A stretch of DNA of 26,881 nucleotides from a virus (lineage: Duplodnaviria > Caudoviricetes), in IMG/VR virus record IMGVR_UViG_3300025528_000033, positions 1 through 26,881 of that record; one strand, written 5' to 3'. The translations under genes were made by a program, and so were the position numbers. The first letter of the stretch is position 1. Every line of letters starts with the position of its first letter. The notes below the pieces were generated by a model. The model was not told where the DNA came from. It searched no databases and saw nothing but the letters and a program-made list of their open reading frames with translations. This document shows positions 1 through 8,685 of the stretch, piece by piece.

Positions 1-302
1 AACCTCGCCTTGGCGATCGTGACCTCGATCGTCGTAAGCCCCATGATGTTGAGGTTGTTCAGCATGAAGGCGTTCTCGACGAGCTGCTCCATGCCGCTGA
101 TGACCCCCTCGATCACGTATCCGCGGTCGAAGCGCGACATCACGATCTCCTGGAGGATGTCGTCGGTCGTCACCCACTTCCGTGGGATGTAGACCAAGTC
201 GGTCCCCTCGAACTGGATCGACTCAGCCGCGAGCGACTCGCGCAGCCGCCACTCGCCCTCGTGGCCGCGGTCATTGATGCTGACATAAGGGTTCGTGGCC
301 AC
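1..302 (-). CDS. gp14: Neck/head-completion protein, T4 gp14-like (5' part only; runs off the window)
   Basis: Not in the ORF track because its stop lies outside the window. Manual translation from GTG at 302: MATNPYVSINDRGHEGEWRLRESLAAESIQFEGTDLVYIPRKWVTTDDILQE..., which matches the gp14 motifs NPYV and ESIQxxGxxxxYxPR. It lies directly downstream of gp13. Confidence 0.88.
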   Translation of the reverse strand, partial: MATNPYVSINDRGHEGEWRLRESLAAESIQFEGTDLVYIPRKWVTTDDILQEIVMSRFDRGYVIEGVISGMEQLVENAFMLNNLNIMGLTTIEVTIAKAR

Positions 303-306
303 CAGA

Positions 307-1113
307 TCACCCCACAATGAACGGGACGTAGGAGGTGTAGTTCTCGTAGAGCTCCTGCTCGAGCTTCTCCTTCATCGCCTCGTAACGCTCGAGGATCTCC
401 GTCGCCTGGAGGGTCGTGTTACCACCGAACGGCTGGATGTTGCCGAACTTCTGGTAGTTCGACCCCCACGCGACGCCGGCACATGCCGTCGCATAGTTGC
501 GCAGCCAGAAGTCGTTCCACACCGGACCGTCCGATGCCGTCAGCGGAATGAAGCACTCAACGGCGATGACCTTGCCGGGGGTGATCCGCGACGGGTGGGC
601 GTCGAAGTAGAGCTTCCGCGAGTACCGGTTGTACCGGATCGGGATCTCCGGGTACAGCATGTCTGACTCGGCCGCCTGGACGTCGAGCAGCCTCATCATG
701 GCAAAGTTCGGAAAACCTGTGCCTGCAGACGGGTCCAGGCTACCGTAGCCGCCGGCGACCCATCCGCCAAAGGCGAACCCGATCGGGCGGTACCCGCTAA
801 TCGGCGAGAGACTCGATCCGAGGGACGACCACCCGAGGGCCGCGCCGTCGTTGAAGTCGACCACACGCACCACGTCGCTCACAATGTTCGGTAGCGTGAG
901 GTGCTTGTTCGCGGCATCCTGCTCCGTCATCTCATAGGCCAGATAAACGTGATCAGCCGCCTCGTGGTGGTACTCGTTGAAGAGCTCCACCGCAGTCTCG
1001 ATTGCGTCTTCGAGCTGCTCGTCGGTGAGGTCCACCTTCACGACCGGCTCGCCGAGCATCTTTCGGCAGTACTTCTTGAGATCTTCCCTGGAGTTCAGAG
1101 CTGCAGCAGCCAC
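307..1113 (-). CDS. gp13: Neck protein, T4 gp13-like
   Basis: N-terminus SREDLKKYCRKMLGEPVVKVDLTDEQLEDAI and C-terminal WLRNYATA...WGSNYQKF...GG motifs are typical of gp13; adjacent to gp14. Confidence 0.93.
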   Translation of the reverse strand: MAAAALNSREDLKKYCRKMLGEPVVKVDLTDEQLEDAIETAVELFNEYHHEAADHVYLAYEMTEQDAANKHLTLPNIVSDVVRVVDFNDGAALGWSSLGSSLSPISGYRPIGFAFGGWVAGGYGSLDPSAGTGFPNFAMMRLLDVQAAESDMLYPEIPIRYNRYSRKLYFDAHPSRITPGKVIAVECFIPLTASDGPVWNDFWLRNYATACAGVAWGSNYQKFGNIQPFGGNTTLQATEILERYEAMKEKLEQELYENYTSYVPFIVG

Positions 1114-1114
1114 G

Positions 1115-1468
1115 TCAGATCTCCCTCGAGTCGTCTACGTACACGGTCGCCCTGACGAGGAGCTCCTTGGCGTCGCCGCGTGTCGCGTACACCCGAAGGA
1201 GGGCGCGGCCCGATTTAAGGTTTGCTGTCTGCTCAGCAGTCGCGTGGGCGTTCAGGACGGCGCCGGTCCTGGTGACAACTGGGACGAACGTCTCGGGGCT
1301 GTCGTCCGGACTCCGCGGGTCGCGGCGGAAGTCAGCCGACACGACCCACCCCTCGAAGTCGGCGTCGATTGGGTCACTCCCGTCGCGCTTCTTCGCGCAA
1401 GTGGAGATGTCGAAGTCGACCCCGGCGAAGATTCTACGGGTGATCGTGACTGGGAGCCACTCAGCCAC
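1115..1468 (-). CDS. Small virion protein, predicted Ig-like/BppU-N-like beta-sandwich
   Basis: 117 aa, tightly packed between its neighbours, with a GGAGG RBS. The pattern 'TAEQTANLKSGRALLRV...LVRATVYVD' resembles the small Ig-like protein often found upstream of gp13 in marine and alphaproteobacterial T4-like phages. Confidence 0.6.
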   Translation of the reverse strand: MAEWLPVTITRRIFAGVDFDISTCAKKRDGSDPIDADFEGWVVSADFRRDPRSPDDSPETFVPVVTRTGAVLNAHATAEQTANLKSGRALLRVYATRGDAKELLVRATVYVDDSREI

Positions 1469-1801
1469 TTAATCCTCCCGGTCCTTGCAGCGCCCCGCTT
1501 CGCCGTTCAGCGTTAGGCTGATGCGCTGGAGGAGGACGTCCGGGAGCTTGTTCTCGATGATGTCGAAGATCGGTCGGAGTGCGAAGCCGCAGAGGAGGAG
1601 AAGGCCGTCTCTGTAAGCGAACCCCTCCGGGATGAAGCTCCCAATGGCTACTCCGAGAAACAGGCCGAACGCGGCGAAGGCGACGAACGACACGAAGCGA
1701 AACTTTATACGACGGTTATACACTGACCAGAGGTAGTTGACCGAGGCCCCGAGAGAAGCGAAGCTGCCGTTGATAAGATGGTTCGAGAACTCGGCTTTCA
1801 T
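1469..1801 (-). CDS. Putative holin / small membrane protein
   Basis: 110 aa with 2-3 hydrophobic segments (FVSFVAFAAFGLFLGVAIGSFI; GLLLLCGFAL) and a charged C-terminal tail (RCKDRED). Has its own AT-rich upstream region with a late-promoter-like motif. Confidence 0.5.
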   Translation of the reverse strand: MKAEFSNHLINGSFASLGASVNYLWSVYNRRIKFRFVSFVAFAAFGLFLGVAIGSFIPEGFAYRDGLLLLCGFALRPIFDIIENKLPDVLLQRISLTLNGEAGRCKDRED

Positions 1802-1824
1802 TTTGATGTTATTCCTTGGGCATA

Positions 1825-3360
1825 TTATTTATCGCGGCCAGCCTCAAGCGCCCTGACCTTCTCCGAAAGCTCATTGACAGCCTGGATGAGCACGGCAACG
1901 ATTGCCCCGTAGTTGACCGCGTATGTATCATTTTGGCCCTGGACCTTGTGGAGGTGGACGACCTCTGGAAGGACGTTCATGACTTCCTGGGCAATCAGAC
2001 CGACATGCCTCCCGCCGATGTCCTTCCGAGTGTACCGGACGCCGCGCAGCTTCGACACGATGTCGAGGGCTCCCTCGATCGGGGTGATGTCGGCCTTGAG
2101 GCGGATGTCCGAGAACGCCGTCATGTTGCCGAGAGTCGCGAAGTTGCCGTTCACGTCGACGCTCATGAGGGATGTCGCGGTGGCGGTGTTGTCGTCCTCG
2201 GCACTGCGAACGACCTGCCACGTGCTGTTCGTGTCGACGGTGACGCCGATCGCGTGAGACCGCAACCCCTTATTCCATCGGATGGCCTGGTTCGTCCCGA
2301 TCTGCGGGCTCGCGACGTACCCCGACGTCGTCCACGTCTGCCCGCCCGTGAACGTGACGGTCGAGGTAAACGTGCCGCCGGCGACGTTCATCTTGCCGTC
2401 GAGGGTGGTCTGCAGATTCGTGATGTTCGCGATCGTGTGGGTGTGCGCGGTCGGCGCCTTCCCGTCGAGCGCGGTCTGGAGGCCGGACACGTCGGAGATC
2501 GCGTGAGTGTGCGCGGTCGGCGCCTTCCCGCTGAGGGCCGTGGTGAGTCCGTCGATGTCCGATATCGCGAGCGCGATTGCGCCGGTCTTCCCCGCGACGG
2601 ACGAGACCGCCTGGGCGGGGGTGGCCATCTCCACCCAGTTCTCGAGGACTGTCGGATCGTTCTCCTTGAGGATAAAGTTCTTCGCGATGTCGTTTCGGAC
2701 GCAGACATCACCCTGGCCCGCCGAGACGAGCGAGAGCATCTCGGCCTCCGATTCAGCAACGAACACGTCGGACACGGTCGTCGGAGGGAGGAGGGCCGAC
2801 GGGATCTTGCCTTCGGAGTTGAGACCTGCGTACCCGTTCGCCTGGTTCCGCTCGGAGATGCTCTGTTTCTCGTCGAGAGCTGCGAGCGAGGCCTTCGCGT
2901 TGAGCGCGGCCTGGAGGCCGGACACGTTCGAGATCCCGAGCGGAGAGATCGCCGTGACAAGAGCGTTGCGGTCCGCGAGCGCGAGCAGACCCTGCATGTA
3001 GTCGCTGACCGACGACTCGTCGAGCTTGCTCGCTGCAATCTCGTTGATCGCCTCGACGAAATTCGCTTTCGTCGTGGTCGAGAGCTGCTGCAGGTCGCCC
3101 ATAAGGGCAACGAAGTCTCGGTCATCGATCGCGCTGTTGATTGCCGTGATGATGTCGGCCTTGACCGATGTGTTCAGGCGATTGAGCGGGATCCCGATGA
3201 TGTCCTCGAGCTGGCGAATGCTGTTCACCAGCGAGTCGACCTTTGACGAGGTCGCGTTGAGGACGTCCATGAATTTCTGCCACTTGTCGGTGACCTGAAC
3301 CTGCTCCAGGGCGTTCGCACCGCTCAGCGTCGTCGCGACATCGATGTTATTGTTAGCCAC
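1825..3360 (-). CDS. Fibre protein with phage-tail HxH repeats and a C-terminal intramolecular chaperone (Peptidase S74)
   Basis: C-terminal SDIRLKADI...LRGVRY...GLIAQEV...LPEVV...VNYGAIVAVLIQAVNEL is the S74 autocleaving chaperone signature. Central AHTHxIxxxxxLQTxLDGK repeats. N-terminal 'L..L.T..K..(I/F)..AIN' repeats. Confidence 0.88.
   Translation of the reverse strand: MANNNIDVATTLSGANALEQVQVTDKWQKFMDVLNATSSKVDSLVNSIRQLEDIIGIPLNRLNTSVKADIITAINSAIDDRDFVALMGDLQQLSTTTKANFVEAINEIAASKLDESSVSDYMQGLLALADRNALVTAISPLGISNVSGLQAALNAKASLAALDEKQSISERNQANGYAGLNSEGKIPSALLPPTTVSDVFVAESEAEMLSLVSAGQGDVCVRNDIAKNFILKENDPTVLENWVEMATPAQAVSSVAGKTGAIALAISDIDGLTTALSGKAPTAHTHAISDVSGLQTALDGKAPTAHTHTIANITNLQTTLDGKMNVAGGTFTSTVTFTGGQTWTTSGYVASPQIGTNQAIRWNKGLRSHAIGVTVDTNSTWQVVRSAEDDNTATATSLMSVDVNGNFATLGNMTAFSDIRLKADITPIEGALDIVSKLRGVRYTRKDIGGRHVGLIAQEVMNVLPEVVHLHKVQGQNDTYAVNYGAIVAVLIQAVNELSEKVRALEAGRDK
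1826..1833 (-). promoter_or_regulatory. Late-promoter-like motif GATAAATA
   Basis: 25 nt upstream of the holin-like ATG; 7/8 match to T4 TATAAATA. Confidence 0.6.
2396..2575 (-). repeat. About three 66-bp (22-aa) tandem coding repeats, phage tail repeat-like
   Basis: GTGTGCGCGGTCGGCGCCTTCCCG occurs at 2441 and 2507 (period 66). Protein units: AISDIDGLTTALSGKAPT / AHTHAISDVSGLQTALDGKAPT / AHTHTIANITNLQTTLDGK. Confidence 0.85.
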
Positions 3361-3562
3361 CCCTGTCCTCCAGCAGTTTTTTCACCAGGTTCCTCAACTC
3401 GGCGACCTCCGAGCGGAGATCGTTGATCTCGGTCTCCTTGGCCGCTTCTCGCTCTCTGCGCTTCCGATACGCCTCGTACTCGGAGTTCGGCCGGACGAGG
3501 ATCGCCTTGGACACCGGATCCCTGACGAGATCCGGCCGCCCCTTTATCTTAAGGTGTGTCAC
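3353..3562 (-). CDS. Conserved small coiled-coil protein of T4-like phages
   Basis: 69 aa, MTHLKIKGRPDLVRDPVSKAIL...EINDLRSEVAELRNLVKKLL. Resembles the small gene commonly found after VrlC-like genes. GGAG RBS; overlaps the next gene's start. Confidence 0.75.
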   Translation of the reverse strand: MTHLKIKGRPDLVRDPVSKAILVRPNSEYEAYRKRREREAAKETEINDLRSEVAELRNLVKKLLEDRGG

Positions 3563-3571
3563 TCCGTCACC

Positions 3572-6500
3572 TCACGCTGGAACTGCGGTAATGGCGCGCA
3601 TGTCACGTACACGAGGGACAATCGAGGTGTTGCCGCTGAGCATCACAATCTTGATCGCGTATGTCTGAGAGTACGGGTAGGTGATGCCGTTGGAGATGTA
3701 GCTCATCGTACCACCGACTGGAACGAACTTGACCTCGCGGAAGTCATCCGCGTTCCCGCTGATAATCTGTTGCGTCGTGCTCCTGGTCATCTCCACCCAC
3801 GGGCGCTGGTCGAGGGGAGTCGGATCGTCCGGCGACACGCTCTTGTAGTAGACCTTTATGTCCGTGCCGGCGGGCTGGTTGACGTCGAGGATCACCTCCA
3901 TGTAGTCGGTGACGAAGTCGTCAGCCAGCGTGACCCGGCGAGTCAGGTAACGGGCGAGCGCGTTGCCGCCGTGGGTCCCGTCCTCGCCCGTGTCATCGTC
4001 GTTGATGAGATTGTGGACGAAGATCGCGCTATTCTTGGTAAGATCCATGAGCGGCGCGACATCGTCGCGAGTCGTCGAAAGGGTCGTCCTGGTCAGGAAC
4101 GTGCCGTTCGCGTCGAGAAGCTTCTCGGACGGGAAGTAGTTGTTCGCGTCTGGCTGGAGCGGAGTCCACTCTGCCGGGATCGACCCCGTGCCGGCGTCCT
4201 TGATACGGTACTCGCGGGTGACGGAAGTCGCGGGCTCGAAGTTGAGCACGGCGTCCTGGACCCGGACGAGGTTCGCGCGGATCGTTTGGTCGTGGACGTT
4301 CTGGCACACGACGCTCGCGACCGAGCCTGTGTTGAACGACGCCCGGCGGATCCGGAGCATCAGGTCCTCGGTCTGCACGGCCGTCCATGTCCGGGAGTTC
4401 TGGGACTTGAAGAGCGACCCGAGGCTCGGCTGCTGGGCAAGGATCTTGTTGGTACCGAACACCTTCTCGCCGATCTCGCCGATATAGGCCTCGTACTCAG
4501 AACTGTTGGAAAGCACGACGACTGCGTACTCCTGACCTGGCTCGAGGTAGATCGGGACCGGGAAGGAGAAGGTCGTCGGAGCCGAGCGGATGCTCGCGAT
4601 GTCGTCGGTCGTCGTCGGGATAGCTACCTGGGACGCGAGCCGGTGCACCTCGGACATCGGAATGATCTTCGAGGCGTGCGGGTAGCCGTTGACCGTCGGC
4701 CGGATCTGGATGAAGACCGTGTGCGTGTCGTCTGCCGGCTTCCGGCGGAAGAACAGGTCGATCGAGGTGATGAAGACCCCAAACGGGTACGCTTCTCTCG
4801 AGATCCAGAAGGTCTGGGCGAGCGGGTCAATCTGAAAGACGCGGACGACCTCCGACGTCGACTCGCTCACGACGTCTCGGACCACGCGGGTATCGGTCAC
4901 CTGACTGGAAATGATGGCCGGCTGCCGGGTCGATACGATCGTGTCCTGCTTCGTGACGCTGAGCCCAGACGACGGGAACACGTAGGAAGCGTAGGTGCTG
5001 GCATTGGCGACGACCTTGTTCGGCTCGTCGATGAGCATGATCACCCGCTCGCCGGTCCGGAACTGCCCCTCGTTGATGTGCAGGTGCCCGCGGACGAACC
5101 CCGAGGCGTCGGTGCGGATGCAGCCCTCGGTCGTCGGCTCGTAGCCGGCCTCGGGGGTCACCTGGTCATTCACCTTAGTGTCGTCGACGAATACGTGGAG
5201 GTTCGTGTTCGGGCGGAGGCCGGCCCCGGTGAACGCGATGTCGACCTCGCGCATGAAGTATGAGAGGTTGACGTCGACGACCCTGTCGCCGAGGCTCTGG
5301 GTGACCTCCGTAACGCCGAGGGACGTCTGGGTACCGGTACGTACCTGGTTCCTGGTCGTCGTGGTGGTCGTCGTGGTCGTGCGCACGACCTCGACTAGGT
5401 TGCCGCGCCCCCGGGTACCGTCGGTTGTCGAGATGTTCGTGTCGACGCCTGTCCACGTCGTCTGCCAGTCGTTCCACTGCGTCCCGAACCCCGGGGCAAC
5501 GGAGGCGTTGACCGCGTTGACCATATAGTTCCACGCGTCGAGGTCGCCAGTAAGGTCGACGTTGACGGCCGGTGAACGCGTGGTGTCCATCCAGTCGTCG
5601 CTGGGCGGGTTGCACGTGAGGCTGCCGCGGAAGTCGATGACTAGGTACGGGTTGACGGACTCGGCTTTCGTCGCGTTCGGGTGGTCGAGGAACATGACCT
5701 CGTCGAACGGGAGCGTCAGGAAGAAGCCCGTCTCGGAGTTGCCGACCTGGAACGCGGACGAGGACGCCGGGGTGTACGAGAGCTTCGCGTTGGCCGTCAG
5801 AAACGCCGGCCGAAGCTCGCGGTTGCCGGGGTCGATCGAGCACCGGTAGTCACCGCTGTACACGTCGCCGATCTTGTGGCCGGCGAACTCGTCGACAAGG
5901 AACCCGTTCTTGAAGCGGTCGAGTCCGTTAGCGTCGACGACGGGCCGGCCGGTCGTGGAGAGCTCGAGGAGCGACAGGGTCGTGTAGTACTCGAGGCGGT
6001 CGATCCGTTTCTCGAGCTTCCCGATGTCGCGCATCGTGAACCGCTTGTTCTCGATGAACTTGAGGTCGACGTCCTTGACCACGTCGTGCGTGTACGCCCG
6101 GACGTACGTCTCGTAGAGCGTCATCGCATTCGCCGGCTCGGCCGGGAGGAGCGGATTGAGGCTCGGAGTCCCCTGGATCACCTTGAACTCTCCGCCCGCG
6201 GTCAGGACGATGCGATCCCGGCGCGGGAGGTAAAATTCGATGTCCGCGGTGATCGACGTGTCGGCGATCGGGATCTCGGCATTCGAGTACGTGGTGCCCG
6301 CGCCGGCGCGCACCGGGCGGAAGTCGAGGCAGTCAGTCAGGCGCGAGCGCTTGCCGGTGTTCGCGTCGGTGAACGACGGGACGAGTTCGTACGGGATACC
6401 GGAGTAGGAGTCTGCGCTGAAGTAGCCGGTGCCGCTGTGGGCAAACCGGCGGTAGTGAACCGTGAGCGGCGTCCCATTGGGGACCGGAAGGTTCGCCCCC

Positions 6501-8656
6501 GTCCTAACGATCGACGAGTGGTCGTAGTATGCCGGGCGCATCCCGGTGTCGAGGGTGAAACTCGACTTATACTCGTTCGCCCCGTCGGTAATGCTCGTGA
6601 TCTCGAACACGTCCGGGACTTCAAGGCTGAACACCGTCGAAGCGTCGGTGTAGTTGATGACCTTCTGGCCTGACGTGATCGTCTTCGTCTTGGCCGCGAG
6701 ATTCCGCTCCGAGACTGCAATGAACGCCTTCACGGCGGTGACACCGACACCCGCGAATTGGAGCGTGACTTGCTTCGTGCTCGGGTCGATGAACACGTAC
6801 GTCGGATTGAGGACGCCGCTGGCGCCCGCCCGGAAGCAGATGAAGTTCGTGTTCGCGATGTCCGTGCCCGCGAAGTCAACCCCGATCGGGCCGATGAACT
6901 GGCGATCGCCGGTGACGCTGAACGACACCTCGTTGTTCGGCCCAGACACGACCCCATTGAACTCAAGGAGCGTCGTGAAGCTCGTGTCGAGCACGCCGCC
7001 CGGCATGAGCGTCTTCACCGCCTCCTCAGGGACTCGGAACACGAGGCCGTTCAGGGACGAGTTGACCATGACTGGCTTGGAACCGGAAAGGTCGAGGATT
7101 GCCTCGCCTCCGCTCACACCCAGCGCCGTGTCGTCGATCTTGCGCGCGTCGTCGAAGCTCTTACCCGGGGCGGTGATACGGACATCGGCGAGGTACAGCC
7201 GGTATCGCGCGGCGCCCGACCCGGGAGTTCCGGAGTGGTGCTTGATTGAGATGACGCGGCAGGTCCCGATGACGGAGTCGGTCGCGTCGAGGATGTTCTT
7301 CGGATCACCAGTGTTCGGGTTGATCCAGCCGACGAGCTGCGCGGTGACGTAGTTCCCGTAGGACGCCGAGATCGAGTAGTTCTGGCCGACGGCGGTCGAC
7401 CGAGCGCGCGGGAAGTCCACATAGTTATTGGCGATCGTCTCGTACTCGTACCCAAAGACGTACGCCTTGCCGGGCGAGATCTCGGCCGTGGCCCAGTCAG
7501 TCTTGCTGGCAACCATGTCGCCGATCGTGGCATCCGCGACTGGGACCGCGGACAGCGAGCCGGTGATCTGGTAGTCCTCGACGAGCTCAACGGTGAATGT
7601 GCCGTTGTAGATAGAGGCATCGGCGCCGGTCACGCCCGAGATCGTAACGCGATCACCGGGCTTGAAGTCATGCTTCGTTGCCGTCTTCGCGTGAAACTTG
7701 TGAGCGTAGGCCGGGCCGTCGTGCGTGATGCTAATGAGCTTGACGCCGATGTGGTCTCGGGCCGTGGCCTTGAACGCCCTGACGGTGTAGCTGCCGGACT
7801 CGTCGTACGTGCGGCGAGCGAACTCGCGTGCCAGGTCGCTGTAGATTGGGACGTTCTTCTGCTCAGTTGTTTCGCCGTTGACGAGCTCGACGAGCTTAAC
7901 GAAGTTATCGGGCTGCTCGTCACCCTCGGAGAAGAACTTGAGCTCGACCCTCATCACGAGCCGGTCTGCGCCCGGAGCGCTCCAGTTGCGGGAGTTCCTC
8001 GCGGGATCGAGGAGGTTTTCGTCATCATCGGCGGTCACCACGGGCGTGGTGTAGACGAACCCAAGAGAGCCCGTCGGCTTGTCGCCGTACTTCTGCACGA
8101 TGATGCTCGACGCCGGGATCATGCAGAAGTACCCGTCGATGTAGTAGACGCCGCTGTTGACTCCGTAGAAAAGGGACGTGCCCGTGAAGTCATTCGGATC
8201 GGCGTAGACCTGCGCGGCCAGGCCGGTGCCGGAGACGCGGATGACGGTGTTTGCGGTGATCGGAGGGACGGCGCCGTCGAACTCGAGGTAGATCGTCGGG
8301 AGTTCGGTCGTGGTGCGCTCTTCAACGGCGATAACGAGGGCTTTGGTGTCTGGGGAGCCGTCCGGGTAGATGTACTTCCCGAGCCAGTCGGCGAGGGTCA
8401 CGGCCACGCCGCCATAGGTGTTCTGCAGCTTGACGTAGGTGACACGCTTGCGGATAATGTCGCCGCCGGTGACCTTCGAGCCGTTCGTGAAGATGTGGTT
8501 GGCGAAGCGACCGAGCTGGTTCAGGAGGTTGATCTGTACCTCATTGAGCTCGCGAGACTGCACCGGGAATCCGGGCTTGTACAGCACGGCGATGGTATTG
8601 TCACTCACCGCCCGCGTAAAGTATGGCGGCGTCGCGAAGATATCGAGGATTGCCAT
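3572..8656 (-). CDS. Large baseplate-associated structural protein, VrlC/DUF4815-like
   Basis: 1694 aa with motifs VLYKPGFPVQSRELNEVQ, APGADRL, ARRTYDESGSYTV, ENKRFTMRDIGKLEKRIDRLEYYTTLSLLE, DRFKNGFLVDEF, DPLAQTF, GSLFKSQNSRTW and PRVRDMRAI, which characterise this family. Confidence 0.88.
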   Translation of the reverse strand: MAILDIFATPPYFTRAVSDNTIAVLYKPGFPVQSRELNEVQINLLNQLGRFANHIFTNGSKVTGGDIIRKRVTYVKLQNTYGGVAVTLADWLGKYIYPDGSPDTKALVIAVEERTTTELPTIYLEFDGAVPPITANTVIRVSGTGLAAQVYADPNDFTGTSLFYGVNSGVYYIDGYFCMIPASSIIVQKYGDKPTGSLGFVYTTPVVTADDDENLLDPARNSRNWSAPGADRLVMRVELKFFSEGDEQPDNFVKLVELVNGETTEQKNVPIYSDLAREFARRTYDESGSYTVRAFKATARDHIGVKLISITHDGPAYAHKFHAKTATKHDFKPGDRVTISGVTGADASIYNGTFTVELVEDYQITGSLSAVPVADATIGDMVASKTDWATAEISPGKAYVFGYEYETIANNYVDFPRARSTAVGQNYSISASYGNYVTAQLVGWINPNTGDPKNILDATDSVIGTCRVISIKHHSGTPGSGAARYRLYLADVRITAPGKSFDDARKIDDTALGVSGGEAILDLSGSKPVMVNSSLNGLVFRVPEEAVKTLMPGGVLDTSFTTLLEFNGVVSGPNNEVSFSVTGDRQFIGPIGVDFAGTDIANTNFICFRAGASGVLNPTYVFIDPSTKQVTLQFAGVGVTAVKAFIAVSERNLAAKTKTITSGQKVINYTDASTVFSLEVPDVFEITSITDGANEYKSSFTLDTGMRPAYYDHSSIVRTGANLPVPNGTPLTVHYRRFAHSGTGYFSADSYSGIPYELVPSFTDANTGKRSRLTDCLDFRPVRAGAGTTYSNAEIPIADTSITADIEFYLPRRDRIVLTAGGEFKVIQGTPSLNPLLPAEPANAMTLYETYVRAYTHDVVKDVDLKFIENKRFTMRDIGKLEKRIDRLEYYTTLSLLELSTTGRPVVDANGLDRFKNGFLVDEFAGHKIGDVYSGDYRCSIDPGNRELRPAFLTANAKLSYTPASSSAFQVGNSETGFFLTLPFDEVMFLDHPNATKAESVNPYLVIDFRGSLTCNPPSDDWMDTTRSPAVNVDLTGDLDAWNYMVNAVNASVAPGFGTQWNDWQTTWTGVDTNISTTDGTRGRGNLVEVVRTTTTTTTTTRNQVRTGTQTSLGVTEVTQSLGDRVVDVNLSYFMREVDIAFTGAGLRPNTNLHVFVDDTKVNDQVTPEAGYEPTTEGCIRTDASGFVRGHLHINEGQFRTGERVIMLIDEPNKVVANASTYASYVFPSSGLSVTKQDTIVSTRQPAIISSQVTDTRVVRDVVSESTSEVVRVFQIDPLAQTFWISREAYPFGVFITSIDLFFRRKPADDTHTVFIQIRPTVNGYPHASKIIPMSEVHRLASQVAIPTTTDDIASIRSAPTTFSFPVPIYLEPGQEYAVVVLSNSSEYEAYIGEIGEKVFGTNKILAQQPSLGSLFKSQNSRTWTAVQTEDLMLRIRRASFNTGSVASVVCQNVHDQTIRANLVRVQDAVLNFEPATSVTREYRIKDAGTGSIPAEWTPLQPDANNYFPSEKLLDANGTFLTRTTLSTTRDDVAPLMDLTKNSAIFVHNLINDDDTGEDGTHGGNALARYLTRRVTLADDFVTDYMEVILDVNQPAGTDIKVYYKSVSPDDPTPLDQRPWVEMTRSTTQQIISGNADDFREVKFVPVGGTMSYISNGITYPYSQTYAIKIVMLSGNTSIVPRVRDMRAITAVPA

Positions 8657-8674
8657 GCGTCTCTCCAGTCCCGT

Positions 8675-8682
8675 TATCTATC
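8675..8682 (-). promoter_or_regulatory. Late-promoter-like motif GATAGATA
   Basis: Intergenic, 19 nt upstream of the VrlC-like ATG; member of the recurrent AGATA motif set. Confidence 0.6.
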
Positions 8683-8685
8683 GGT

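Noticed and set aside
5340-5400. GTC/GTG trinucleotide-like run
   Set aside because: It encodes the Thr-rich stretch (RTTTTTTTTRNQ) within the VrlC-like protein; not a separate element.
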